This document shows positions 1 through 9,106 of a stretch of 31,003 bases of DNA, piece after piece. Origin of the DNA: a virus (lineage: Duplodnaviria > Caudoviricetes); IMG/VR virus record IMGVR_UViG_3300011335_000701, positions 1-31,003 of that record; one strand, written 5' to 3'. A program made the position numbers and the translations under genes. The stretch's first letter is position 1. The number at the start of each line of letters is the position of its first letter. Under the pieces are notes generated by a model, which was given only the letters and a program-made list of their open reading frames with translations, was not told the origin of the DNA and ran no database searches.

Positions 1-276
1 AAAGCGTTGCGGATAATGCACGGCGCGCGCTTGAGGTGCGAGCGGAAAAACCTGAGTCACTGCGCGGAATGACAGCCGTAGGAATCGCGCGAGCGCGTGA
101 CCTAATGAACCGCCAGCAGCTTTCAGAGGACACTATCCGCCGAATACTTACCTTTTTTGAACGCCACGAAGTAGACAAACAAGGCGCGACTTGGGAAGAG
201 CAGGGCAAGGGCTGGCAGGCTTGGCACGGTTGGGGCGGCGACGAAGGCTTTTCGTGGGCGCGTCGGAAAGTTGACG
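1..276. repeat. Terminal direct repeat / circular overlap, copy 1
   Basis: Matches 30728-31003 except a68/c30795, a146/g30873 and a150/t30877. Confidence 0.95.
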
Positions 277-1316
277 AGTTTAACCGAGAGCAGAAAAAAA
301 GCCTAAGTGCTTGCGGTTGCAGCTCAATCGCTACGAAGACTTTTGCGTCTACCCTTTGGACAAAGGCCGCAACCCCTGACGCGGCGGATGAGTTTGACGA
401 AATCAACGAGCAAGAAGCGGAAATCGGCGCAGCGGTAGCGCGCATCCTCGACAAACAAGTACGGGAAGTGCTTAAGCGCGTTATGGCTGCTGGTACGCCT
501 ACTGCTGAGCTGCTAACCGAGGTGGAGCTACTGCTTCGCTCGCGCAAGTGGAACACTCAAGCGGTGGCAGCATTGCGCCCGTACCTAGAGCAGTCTCTTA
601 TGGCTGGTCTCTCTCTTGGTAACGACACGGTAGCCAAGTTGGCGCAAATCCCTGAGAACTTTAACCCGCGCAACGAAGACCTAGCCGCCTACGCGCGGAC
701 AGAATCGGTACGGCTGGCCAACAACGCAGCGCAGTCGATGAACGAATACACCGTAGTCGCTGTCAGCAAGATACTTGGCGACAGCCTAGCCTCGGATATG
801 TCTATAGACCAAATTGCGGAGCGAGTGCAGGAGTGGGCAATTGGAGACGGGGACGAAGTGCGAGCCACAAAGACCCGCGCGCTGATGATTGCACGGACAG
901 AGGCGCAGCGCGGAGCGCGAGCGGCAGAAGTTCACGCTTGGAAGTCTACAGGGCTGGTCGAAGGGAAGACTTGGCTACTGGCTCCTGACTCTTGCGAGTT
1001 TTGCGAGCAGGTAGCGTCATCCTTTGGTATTGACGCTATCGGCATTGACGGAAACTTCTACGCCAAGGGCGACACGCTAACTACCAAAAGCGGCCGCTCT
1101 ATGGTGCTGGACTATGAGGACATTACCGCGCCTCCACTGCACCCTAATTGCCGTTGCTCGCTTCAACCAAAGCTAAGCAGCGACTACGACGAAATCATAG
1201 CTGAGGCAGAAGCAGAGCAGGAAGCAGCTAACAGGCAGACACGCACGGAAATCATGGAAACACCAGACTACGAAGCAAATCAAGAGCGACGGCGGCAGAT
1301 TCTGGAAGGCAAATAA
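3..1316 (+). CDS. C-terminal part of portal fusion: unknown helical domain plus MuF/SPP1 gp7-like head morphogenesis domain
   Basis: In frame with the portal ORF across the circular junction. Contains RALMIARTE, KTW...CEFC and PPLHPNCRC motifs typical of MuF/gp7. Confidence 0.85.
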   Translation, partial: SVADNARRALEVRAEKPESLRGMTAVGIARARDLMNRQQLSEDTIRRILTFFERHEVDKQGATWEEQGKGWQAWHGWGGDEGFSWARRKVDEFNREQKKSLSACGCSSIATKTFASTLWTKAATPDAADEFDEINEQEAEIGAAVARILDKQVREVLKRVMAAGTPTAELLTEVELLLRSRKWNTQAVAALRPYLEQSLMAGLSLGNDTVAKLAQIPENFNPRNEDLAAYARTESVRLANNAAQSMNEYTVVAVSKILGDSLASDMSIDQIAERVQEWAIGDGDEVRATKTRALMIARTEAQRGARAAEVHAWKSTGLVEGKTWLLAPDSCEFCEQVASSFGIDAIGIDGNFYAKGDTLTTKSGRSMVLDYEDITAPPLHPNCRCSLQPKLSSDYDEIIAEAEAEQEAANRQTRTEIMETPDYEANQERRRQILEGK

Positions 1317-1978
1317 TGCAAACAATCACCCGTAAGACGCTATCCGCTAACTTTGTAAACACCGCTAAAGGCTTTGCGGCAGTCATCACCGCCGAAAGCC
1401 TAGATCGCGACGGCGAGGTTCTCATACCCTCAGGCATGAACAGCACAGAGTACGACCGCCAGCCGACCCTTTTTTGGAATCACGACTACGCCAAGCCTGT
1501 TGGGCGCGCTGTCTCAATCAAGCGCAGGGATACCGATATACTTGGCGAGTTTGTTTTTGCGGAAAGGCCTGAGGGCTACTCAGGCGAGTTTTTTCCCGAA
1601 GTAGCCGCCGCGTTGGTAGGTCAAGGCATCGTTACCGCTGTCTCAATTGGCTACACCCCTGAGGCGGGCGGAGTGCGGAAAGCCTCAGCAGTAGACAAAA
1701 AACGCTACGGCGAGGAAGTGGTAACAGTGTTTAGCCGCTGGAAGTTGCTAGAGGTATCGCTGGCTCCGTTGCAGTCAAACCCTGACGCGCTCATTACTGC
1801 CATCCGTAAGGGAATGATTTCACCCGTAGCCGCCAAGCAGTTTTTCAATGTGGAAGTGCCTCGGCGCGTTGTAGTTTCCGTCCCTGTGCCATCAATCAAG
1901 CAGACGGATAAGCCGATGCAACTTGCGGCCGCCGTTGCTCGCGAAATTGCGAAGGCGCGCGGCCAGCTCTACCTCTAA
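1316..1978 (+). CDS. HK97-family prohead protease
   Basis: DRDGEV, LFWNHD, VSIGY and LLEVSLAPLQSNPDA motifs; lies between portal and capsid. Confidence 0.9.
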   Translation: MQTITRKTLSANFVNTAKGFAAVITAESLDRDGEVLIPSGMNSTEYDRQPTLFWNHDYAKPVGRAVSIKRRDTDILGEFVFAERPEGYSGEFFPEVAAALVGQGIVTAVSIGYTPEAGGVRKASAVDKKRYGEEVVTVFSRWKLLEVSLAPLQSNPDALITAIRKGMISPVAAKQFFNVEVPRRVVVSVPVPSIKQTDKPMQLAAAVAREIAKARGQLYL

Positions 1979-2060
1979 GCGGGTGCGATTGTGTCTACGG
2001 CGTTTTGCCTGCAAGCCGATCTAGACCCTAACGGTAGAGAAATCACAAGGCAAAACAAAA

Positions 2061-3416
2061 ATGGACAGCATGACACTCGACAAGTTTACGGAATGCCTGA
2101 CGCGCGCGGCTAAGGCCGCAGGCGCAAACGGCGCAATCCTGCAAAAGAAGCTCATCCTTGATAAATACCTCATCGTTGACGATGCTGGAATCGCGGTCGA
2201 TCCCGATAGCATTGATGTAATGCTCATGCCAGCTGCACCAGCAGACGAGGCGGCAATCGCTACCGAAAGCGCATCGGTGCAGAAACAAATCAAGCGCGAA
2301 GTGGCGGCTAGCCTTGCTACGGTTCCTCGAATCACTGGCGGAACGCTCGGTACTGAGGCTTGGGAGTCTGCCAAGGTGTACGGCCGAATCAAGGCGTTTT
2401 CGGGCAATCACGAAAAGGCTTACAAGTTCGGCGCATGGTGCTTGGCGGCAATGGGACATAAAAAGAGCGCAGACTTCTGCGCGCGCAACGGCATTGTGCT
2501 GACTAAGGGACATACCGAAGGCGTAAACAGCGCGGGCGGTTTCCTTGTGCCAGACCAGTTTGAAAATGAACTGATTGTTCTGCGCGAGCAGTACGGCGTA
2601 TTCCGTCGCAACGCCAAAATCTACCCGATGACTGGCGACACGCTCCGCATCCCTCGTAAGAACGCAGGGTTGACCGCCTACTTCTCTGGCGAAGCAGCAG
2701 CAGGTACAGAATCAACGATGACCTTTGACTCGGTGCAGTTGGTGGCAAAGAAGCTCATTGCGCTTACCACTGTCTCTAACGAATTGCTAGAAGACTCGGT
2801 CATCAATATTGCGGACGATGTTGCTACCGAAATGGCGTACCAGTTCGCCTACAAAGAGGATGACGCTGGCTTCAACGGCGACGGCACTAGCACCTACGGC
2901 GGTATCGTCGGCCTTGGCTCTGCGCTGACTGACTCTACCTACCAAGTGTCAGCGAGTGCAGGCAGCACAAAGGCAGCGGTTACGGCTGCTGAAATTGGCG
3001 CAGCACTGGCCTACCTCCCAAATTGGGCAGCAGCGCGCAGTAATGTAAAAATCTACTGCAACAAGGGCGCGTACCACTCGATTTTTGAACGCCTTACGCT
3101 GGCTGCTGGTGGCGTGACTGCTAACGAAGTCGCTAACGGCGTTGCGCCTCGCTACTTTGGCTACCCGATTGAGTTTAGCCAAGCTATCGCTACCCCTGCT
3201 GACGGCGGCTCTGCGACCGTCTGCTACATCGGTGACCTCGCGCAAGCTTGCTACCTCGGTGATCGTCGCTCGTCAACCATTGCGTTTAGCGACTCAGCCT
3301 TGAACGCCTTTGAGCAGGATGAGCGCGTTGTACGCGGTACTCAGCGTTTCGACATTATCTGTGCAAATGTCGGCAGTTCAAGCGCGTACGGTGCAATGGT
3401 CAAGTTTACGCTCTAA
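2061..3416 (+). CDS. HK97-fold major capsid protein with N-terminal scaffold/delta region
   Basis: AGGFLVPDQF, VSNELLEDS, FNGDG and RFD motifs; follows the protease. Confidence 0.92.
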   Translation: MDSMTLDKFTECLTRAAKAAGANGAILQKKLILDKYLIVDDAGIAVDPDSIDVMLMPAAPADEAAIATESASVQKQIKREVAASLATVPRITGGTLGTEAWESAKVYGRIKAFSGNHEKAYKFGAWCLAAMGHKKSADFCARNGIVLTKGHTEGVNSAGGFLVPDQFENELIVLREQYGVFRRNAKIYPMTGDTLRIPRKNAGLTAYFSGEAAAGTESTMTFDSVQLVAKKLIALTTVSNELLEDSVINIADDVATEMAYQFAYKEDDAGFNGDGTSTYGGIVGLGSALTDSTYQVSASAGSTKAAVTAAEIGAALAYLPNWAAARSNVKIYCNKGAYHSIFERLTLAAGGVTANEVANGVAPRYFGYPIEFSQAIATPADGGSATVCYIGDLAQACYLGDRRSSTIAFSDSALNAFEQDERVVRGTQRFDIICANVGSSSAYGAMVKFTL

Positions 3417-3435
3417 TAAGAGAGAGGATTTCACA

Positions 3436-3882
3436 ATGAAGCAAAACACAAAAACAGTTTTGATGAATACCGCTAACTCGTTTGCGGCTTTGACCTCGGC
3501 CTCAATCACCTCTATGACTGGCACAGTAGATACTTTTGGGTTCCGCTATGCCAGCATTTCGGGCTTTGCCGATAGCACCTCAGGGCTTCACACTACCGCA
3601 GCAAACAACTTGCTTGCGGAAAGTGATGACAACAGCACCTTTTCTACAATTACGGCAGCAGTAGCAGGCGCAGCGTTTACGCCTACTTCCGCAGCTCTTT
3701 CAACCTCGTTGGCGAAGGTTACTTACAATGTTGACCTTCGCGGCCGTAAGCGTTACCTAAAGTGTACTCTTGCTCTTGGCACTGCCAGTCCTGCCGCTCA
3801 GCTTGTCTGCATTCTGTCGCAACCCGTTGACGGAGTTGTGACAGCAGCAGAGCAGGGCGCAGGGTTTATTTCAGTCACTTGA
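3436..3882 (+). CDS. Putative capsid decoration/minor head protein, paralog A
   Basis: ATG 3436 after AGAGGA; Ser/Thr/Ala-rich; ESDDNSTFS and LRGRKRYLK motifs; directly after the capsid gene. Confidence 0.65.
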   Translation: MKQNTKTVLMNTANSFAALTSASITSMTGTVDTFGFRYASISGFADSTSGLHTTAANNLLAESDDNSTFSTITAAVAGAAFTPTSAALSTSLAKVTYNVDLRGRKRYLKCTLALGTASPAAQLVCILSQPVDGVVTAAEQGAGFISVT

Positions 3883-3890
3883 TTTAATTA

Positions 3891-3920
3891 GGGGCGGGCA
3901 GGCTAGCCCCTGTCCGCCCC
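3891..3920 (+). terminator. GC-rich hairpin (weak terminator or attenuator)
   Basis: GGGGCGGGCAGG...CCTGTCCGCCCC stem followed only by TTGCTT. Confidence 0.55.
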
Positions 3921-3939
3921 TTGCTTGAAAGGCCAAACT

Positions 3940-4359
3940 ATGCGAAGCCAAATGAATATAAAGCTTGTGCCGCTTGATACTGGAACTGGTGCAGTGTCTA
4001 CGATTTCCAACAGCGTAGATACCAAGGGTTTCAACTTTGCCAAGTTCTGTTTTTTCTCTGACAGCACGGGGACGCTGACCACAGCGACGGCCATTACGGA
4101 GAGTGACGACAACAGCACCTTTTCCGCAATTGCTGGTTTTGTGAACGGCACAGACTACACCGTAAGCAGCTCAACCAACCTTACAACCGTTGCCAAGCTT
4201 GTCCTCGGGATGAACTTGCGCGGCCGTAAGCGTTATCTCAAGGCAACTGTTACTCATGCTACGGCTGGCCGTACTCGGTTTTGGTGCGAACTGTCCGACC
4301 CTTCGGACGGCGTTACATCAGCGACCGACACAAACACGGCTAACCTGATTTCACTTTAG
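3940..4359 (+). CDS. Putative capsid decoration/minor head protein, paralog B
   Basis: Shares VDTxGF, ESDDNSTFS, LRGRKRYLK and PxDGV with 3436-3882. Confidence 0.65.
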   Translation: MRSQMNIKLVPLDTGTGAVSTISNSVDTKGFNFAKFCFFSDSTGTLTTATAITESDDNSTFSAIAGFVNGTDYTVSSSTNLTTVAKLVLGMNLRGRKRYLKATVTHATAGRTRFWCELSDPSDGVTSATDTNTANLISL

Positions 4360-4382
4360 CGCAACCTCTTCCCCCTTTGCCT

Positions 4383-4422
4383 GAGGCGCGCGGTATCCGT
4401 ACTGTGCGCCTCGGTCTTTTTT
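4383..4422 (+). terminator. Rho-independent terminator
   Basis: GAGGCGCGCGGTA-TCCG-TACTGTGCGCCTC stem followed by GGTCTTTTTT. Confidence 0.7.
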
Positions 4423-4438
4423 GTGGCACAATGCGGCA

Positions 4439-5491
4439 ATGACTACGCGCAACGCTATCGACATCGGTGACCAGCTAGCACAGATTGCAACAGATGACGC
4501 TTGTACTGCTCTTAAACAGGTAGCGGACTCGCTGGCTGACGGCGGCATACTTACGCTAAATGTGCCAAACATCGAGCATTTTACGCGGAAGTACGGCGAA
4601 GGCGCGCCAGATTGTGAAAACTACCTGCTTGGCGGCGGCAAGTATAAAAGCGTTTGGAACCGCGAGAAGCTCAGCGTAACGCTTAACGCGGCAGGGTTTG
4701 AAGTGCTAGGCGGTGCAGACGGCCGTACTAGCTGGATTGATGACGCGGGGCGGTTTGCCATCCGCGCGCGCAAGTGCAGCAGACCAGCACCACCTCGGCC
4801 GTTGTCTGAGGTTCACGCAATCATGTCTATGCCGCGCGTAGCGTGGACTGACACTATGGGAGAACTAAGCGAAGCCGCTGCAACGCTTGGGATAAACACC
4901 TCACGGGCGCAGGGCGTTTTTTGGGGTCAGTGCCTAGAGCGGCTTATGGAACAGGCGCAACTGAACGACGCTATCAAATATGTTTTGACGGTTGACTACG
5001 ACTCGATTTTTAACGCCTCGGATATTGTGCGCCTCTGGCAAGTCATGGAAACTAACCCCGATATCGACGCGCTCTGTCCGTTGCAGATTGGGCGAGAGCG
5101 CGACTGTGTCATTTTTAGCCTTGCCGACAAGGCGGGGCAGCTGCTAAAAGAAACGCCGTTAGACACTTTTCATCGGGACGCGGTTGATATGTTTACGGGT
5201 CACTTTGGCCTAACCCTTATCCGTACCTCTGCGCTCAGGAAAATGAAATCCCCTCTTTTCCTCGGCGTTCCAAACGCTGACGGAAGGTGGGGAGAAGGGC
5301 GCACCGATGACGATATACACTTCTGGAACAACCTCCGCGAGTCTGGCGGCAGAATTTGCGTCTGCCCTAAGGTGCGAATCGGTCACTTGCAGGCCATGAT
5401 TACATGGCCTGACGAAATGATGAAAGCCAAGCACCAGTACCTAACGCAGTATCACGCAGACGGGAGGCCTGACGAGTGCATGACCTTCTAA
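4439..5491 (+). CDS. GT-A fold (GT2-like) glycosyltransferase with degenerate N-terminal methyltransferase-like segment
   Basis: VLTVDYDSIF (DxD), DDDIHFW and VRIGHL motifs. N-terminal LADGGILTLNVPN...LNAAGF resembles the C-half of class I methyltransferases. Confidence 0.75.
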   Translation: MTTRNAIDIGDQLAQIATDDACTALKQVADSLADGGILTLNVPNIEHFTRKYGEGAPDCENYLLGGGKYKSVWNREKLSVTLNAAGFEVLGGADGRTSWIDDAGRFAIRARKCSRPAPPRPLSEVHAIMSMPRVAWTDTMGELSEAAATLGINTSRAQGVFWGQCLERLMEQAQLNDAIKYVLTVDYDSIFNASDIVRLWQVMETNPDIDALCPLQIGRERDCVIFSLADKAGQLLKETPLDTFHRDAVDMFTGHFGLTLIRTSALRKMKSPLFLGVPNADGRWGEGRTDDDIHFWNNLRESGGRICVCPKVRIGHLQAMITWPDEMMKAKHQYLTQYHADGRPDECMTF

Positions 5492-5739
5492 TCATTATCC
5501 GCAACATTGCCGTGCATGACAGCGAGCGGGGGCGGCTGTCCCTCCGCGCTGGCGCGCTGGTAAACATTGAGGCCGCTACCGCCGCTCGGCTAGTTGCTGG
5601 CGGCTACGCGCGCTATGCGATACCGCCTGCTCCGTTGTTTGTGGATTCGACGCAAGCCGTAGAAGAGACGAAGAAGGTAGCAGTACCGAAGGAACTAAAA
5701 AATGGCCGTATCAGCAAGCGCACTATGCACCCTAGTTAA
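5476..5739 (+). CDS. Small hypothetical head-associated protein
   Basis: AARLVAGGYA motif, common in small genes before head-tail adaptors. Confidence 0.5.
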   Translation: MHDLLIIIRNIAVHDSERGRLSLRAGALVNIEAATAARLVAGGYARYAIPPAPLFVDSTQAVEETKKVAVPKELKNGRISKRTMHPS

Positions 5740-6517
5740 CCTTAAGCTGAGCCTCGGCATTACCTCGGCGACTACTGATACGCTTTTAGAGCAGGCGATT
5801 GACCGAGCCAGCGCAACCGTGCAACGCTACTGCGCGCGAAACTTTGTAAGCCAACGCTACTACGAATGGCATGACACGCAAGGCCATAGGCGGCTTGCGC
5901 TCAAGCATAACCCGATTGCAAAAATCCGATTTATCGGTATTGGAGCCGAGGCAGCTCTTACGGTTAGCTCGACAACTGCCAGCGACATTGCCGCGACCGT
6001 AAGCGTTGAGGATACAGCGGTGCAGTTGTACCGCGTTGCGTCTACTGGCACAGGCGCGGCTACTGAGCTGCTGTTTTCTACCTACGATTCTACGGTAGAG
6101 CTTGCCGCGCAAATCAACGCTACTAGCGGATTCTCCGCCAGCACTGTTGTAGGTTTTCCGAGCCAGTACCTACGCCGCCGAGCAGCGGTAAACCTGCTGC
6201 AAGGCACAGGGACGCTGTACGCGCCAAGCGAAAGCATAGACGAATACACCTTTGACCCTGATACTGGCATAATCTACGGCGGGCTACTGAGTCAGCCTCA
6301 GTCGATTATTGTTGACTACCTAGGCGGCTACACAACTGTTCCCTATGATGTTGAGTACGCGGCAATCAGGCTAGCTAGCAGGCTGTTCAACTCGCGCCAG
6401 CGCGACGAAGGGCTATCAAGCGAAAGCCTCGGCGGGTACTCGTACTCTCTCCGTGCATCGGCAGAGATTGACGCAGATATGCGCCTGATGCTTGACCCGT
6501 TCAAGAGGCTCCGTTGA
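5702..6517 (+). CDS. Head-tail adaptor (HK97 gp6/SPP1 gp15-like) with internal insertion
   Basis: LKLSLGI...DTLLEQAIDRAS, VDYLGGY..VPYDV and SESLGGYSYS. Confidence 0.8.
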   Translation: MAVSASALCTLVNLKLSLGITSATTDTLLEQAIDRASATVQRYCARNFVSQRYYEWHDTQGHRRLALKHNPIAKIRFIGIGAEAALTVSSTTASDIAATVSVEDTAVQLYRVASTGTGAATELLFSTYDSTVELAAQINATSGFSASTVVGFPSQYLRRRAAVNLLQGTGTLYAPSESIDEYTFDPDTGIIYGGLLSQPQSIIVDYLGGYTTVPYDVEYAAIRLASRLFNSRQRDEGLSSESLGGYSYSLRASAEIDADMRLMLDPFKRLR

Positions 6518-6900
6518 GCGTTCAAACACTCATAAACACCTTCGGTATCGACTTTGAGGTACGAACCCCAATCTACGCTACTGCTGCTGACGGCACGGTG
6601 ACGCGCACTTACAGTAAATCCTACTCGGCGCGCGGCTTCCTATCGCCAAGCTCGCAAACCGAATCGCTAGCGCAAGGGCGCGAAAACAGCCGACGCAGCG
6701 GAACGATTTACCTGAGCGGCATTTACTCGGTAACCACAGACGATGAAATCCGCGAGGACTCTGTAAAGCTGTCGTACCCTATCTGGCGCGTTGTTGGCTC
6801 AGTCAATCCGCTAGAGTTGCAGCGCACTGGAGTTTCAAAACTGCTTAACTTTACGGCCGTTAGCGTTGTAGAGGTTGACCCCGCAGAGGTAGCGGAATGA
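6514..6900 (+). CDS. Putative head closure (stopper) protein
   Basis: Position and size after the adaptor; beta-rich. Confidence 0.55.
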   Translation: MSVQTLINTFGIDFEVRTPIYATAADGTVTRTYSKSYSARGFLSPSSQTESLAQGRENSRRSGTIYLSGIYSVTTDDEIREDSVKLSYPIWRVVGSVNPLELQRTGVSKLLNFTAVSVVEVDPAEVAE

Positions 6901-7394
6901 CCGACACTCGGCCTATCGTAAAAATTGACGCGCTGGATATACAACTGATTCTGCATAAGGCAGTAGCCGAGGCGTTAACAGGTTCGACGGTGATTGCGGG
7001 AAAGTTGCTGCGTACGCAGTTGTCACAGCAGGGACGCGGCAAGATTCGGCGCGTTAGTCTTGGCTACTCAGGGGAACAAACCCTACGGTCTAAGGGCTAC
7101 CACCAGTCATCAGTAGCTGGACAATCGCCCGCACCAAATACAAACCGCCTCCGTGCGTCGTGGGCAATCGGTACAAACGAGTACAAGGCAGAGGACGGTA
7201 TTTTTCGGATAAAGGCTTTTGCTGGTACTACTCTTGTTGAGCTTGGCAGCAAGGTTTTTTACGCTAGATCGCTCGAGTACGGCGCAGGGAAAATGAAGCC
7301 GCGCCCCTACCTGTCCGTAGTGCTACCGATCATTGCAAGGCAGCTACCCGCTATTTTTGCGGTATCAATCCGTAAGGCGTTTAAAAACAGATGA
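6897..7394 (+). CDS. HK97 gp10-like neck/tail completion protein
   Basis: YARSLEYGAGKMKPRPYL and SPAPNTNRLRAS. Confidence 0.8.
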   Translation: MTDTRPIVKIDALDIQLILHKAVAEALTGSTVIAGKLLRTQLSQQGRGKIRRVSLGYSGEQTLRSKGYHQSSVAGQSPAPNTNRLRASWAIGTNEYKAEDGIFRIKAFAGTTLVELGSKVFYARSLEYGAGKMKPRPYLSVVLPIIARQLPAIFAVSIRKAFKNR

Positions 7395-7786
7395 GCAAGG
7401 CCATCCTAGACAGTATCAAAACCGCGCTATACGCTGACGCTACTCTAACCAGCGCGCTTCAGAGCCGAATCTATTTAGACTCTGCGCCTCACGACGCGCT
7501 TCTACCGCTGCTGGTGTATCGCATTGCAAAAATAGATACTGCGCCGATGTTTGGCTCAGTCACTAAGTTTACGATGGCTATCGAGTTGCAGCTGTACTAC
7601 TCTAACGCAGCAGCTGCAACTGCCTACACCGCGCGCGACCGCATTACGGCCATACTTGCGAGTACTACGGCTCCGACAGGCTTTGACCGATGTACCTTTG
7701 TCCGCACCGAGTCAGGCGTACCCGCTATCCTAGATGACTCTTGGACGATCATAGACCGCTACACCGCTACCGCGTTTGATACCTAA
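7391..7786 (+). CDS. Tail terminator (DUF3168-like)
   Basis: LYADATLTSALQSRIYLDSAP...PLLVY; synteny. Confidence 0.7.
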   Translation: MSKAILDSIKTALYADATLTSALQSRIYLDSAPHDALLPLLVYRIAKIDTAPMFGSVTKFTMAIELQLYYSNAAAATAYTARDRITAILASTTAPTGFDRCTFVRTESGVPAILDDSWTIIDRYTATAFDT

Positions 7787-7795
7787 GGAAACACA

Positions 7796-8254
7796 ATGGC
7801 CGTATCTGCCTATTTAGTTGGAAATGACGGAAACTTCAACTTTACGCTGTCGGGCGATACAACAAGCCCGACAATGTTTAAGGTGCAAAGCTACGCCGCG
7901 AGCCTCACCCGCATGAGCAGCGACCAGACAGGTTTTGGCGATACGGGCAAGCGCAAGCGGTTAGGTATGCTTGACCTTACGGGCAGCATAAACGCCGTAA
8001 TGGGTTTTGGCTCTGCCAGCAACGGAACAAACGCTACTATTTTGAGCGGTACGCAGGGCGACGGCATTGCTACCGCTATGCCTATTGTGACCTTGTCTCT
8101 GTTTACAAACACCACTACTAACGCCTGTAGTTTGGTATCAACGGCAATTTTTAGCCAGTTTAATTTTAATGTAAACAAGGCTGGCGACTCAACAGTCACG
8201 GCAAACTTTGAAAACGCGGGCGGTACTGCGCCTGTTGTTGCATGGCTAATTTAA
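7796..8254 (+). CDS. Major tail tube protein
   Basis: AAGGA RBS; 152 aa beta-rich with DQTGFGD..KRKRLGMLDLTGSI; synteny. Confidence 0.7.
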   Translation: MAVSAYLVGNDGNFNFTLSGDTTSPTMFKVQSYAASLTRMSSDQTGFGDTGKRKRLGMLDLTGSINAVMGFGSASNGTNATILSGTQGDGIATAMPIVTLSLFTNTTTNACSLVSTAIFSQFNFNVNKAGDSTVTANFENAGGTAPVVAWLI

Positions 8255-8517
8255 ACTCAAACCTCGACAGCGTCGTTCGCCCTGCTGCTGACGATTGGGT
8301 AGTGAGCCTGACCACAAAAGAGGGCGTTACCACTAACCGACGAATCAACGCTGGCTACCTATCTGAGGAGGTAGCGTTACGCCTTGCGTTGCATATTGGG
8401 CTGCTACGCTCGCAAGATGTAGACTACTGGAGCATACGCAGAGCCTCGGACAGTTCGCTAGTATTGCCAGATACTGACGACCCCCTGATTCACCTGCTCA
8501 ACAAAAGGCGACAATGA
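8242..8517 (+). CDS. Hypothetical tail-region protein
   Basis: ORF overlapping both neighbours. Confidence 0.5.
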   Translation: MANLNSNLDSVVRPAADDWVVSLTTKEGVTTNRRINAGYLSEEVALRLALHIGLLRSQDVDYWSIRRASDSSLVLPDTDDPLIHLLNKRRQ

Positions 8518-8912
8518 AGCTATCTCCGTGGACTGAAACGCTGGCAGACGGTACGGCTGTAACTATCCGACCACTCACTATCCGCGAGCGCATAGCGGTT
8601 ACGGATGAAATGGCTGACGAGTGGGCGCGCTCGGCCGCAAAGGACGCAAAGGCCGCGCAGCTGCTGCCCGCGCAAATCGTTGACGCAATGGCTGACGCGC
8701 GCAAGCGCGCTAGCGTGTCCTCTGCGCTCATCCTCGACTGCTATACCCTCAGAGGTGCGCTCAGGGTGCTAGACCGCGCTAGCAGCGACGGCGTAGCCCT
8801 AGCGTCAAACCTAGAGCCGATTCCACTTACCGAGCTTGCGCTACAGGCTATCGGCTTTGAGACAAGGCGCGAAAGGGAATCAACCGAAGCGGGAAACGCG
8901 CTGCCCGTGTAA
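8514..8912 (+). CDS. Tail assembly chaperone (G-like)
   Basis: IRPLTIRE motif; lies before the tape measure; slippery G GGA AAC at 8891-8897. Confidence 0.75.
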   Translation: MKLSPWTETLADGTAVTIRPLTIRERIAVTDEMADEWARSAAKDAKAAQLLPAQIVDAMADARKRASVSSALILDCYTLRGALRVLDRASSDGVALASNLEPIPLTELALQAIGFETRRERESTEAGNALPV

Positions 8913-9106
8913 TTGAGCCAGCACCGCGCGACTACATTGCGGAGGCTCATCTAATTGCACGGGCTACTGGCGGCTTTAGCAACCCTTTGGATCTAGTGTG
9001 CGCTGAGTTTGAACGCCACTTATCACTAGCGGTAGAGGGTCACGGCACAGCAGAGAGTACCGCAGGAGATTGGTCACGCCGATATGTGGAACAGGCTACG
9101 CAATGA
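8891..9106 (+). CDS. -1 frameshift extension of tail chaperone (GT-like)
   Basis: -1 frame is open from the heptamer to TGA 9104-9106, which overlaps the tape measure ATG. Confidence 0.75.
   Translation, partial: GKRAARVIEPAPRDYIAEAHLIARATGGFSNPLDLVCAEFERHLSLAVEGHGTAESTAGDWSRRYVEQATQ

Noticed and set aside
36-1316. Independent gene starting at GTG 36
   Set aside because: The frame is open upstream through the circular overlap into the portal ORF
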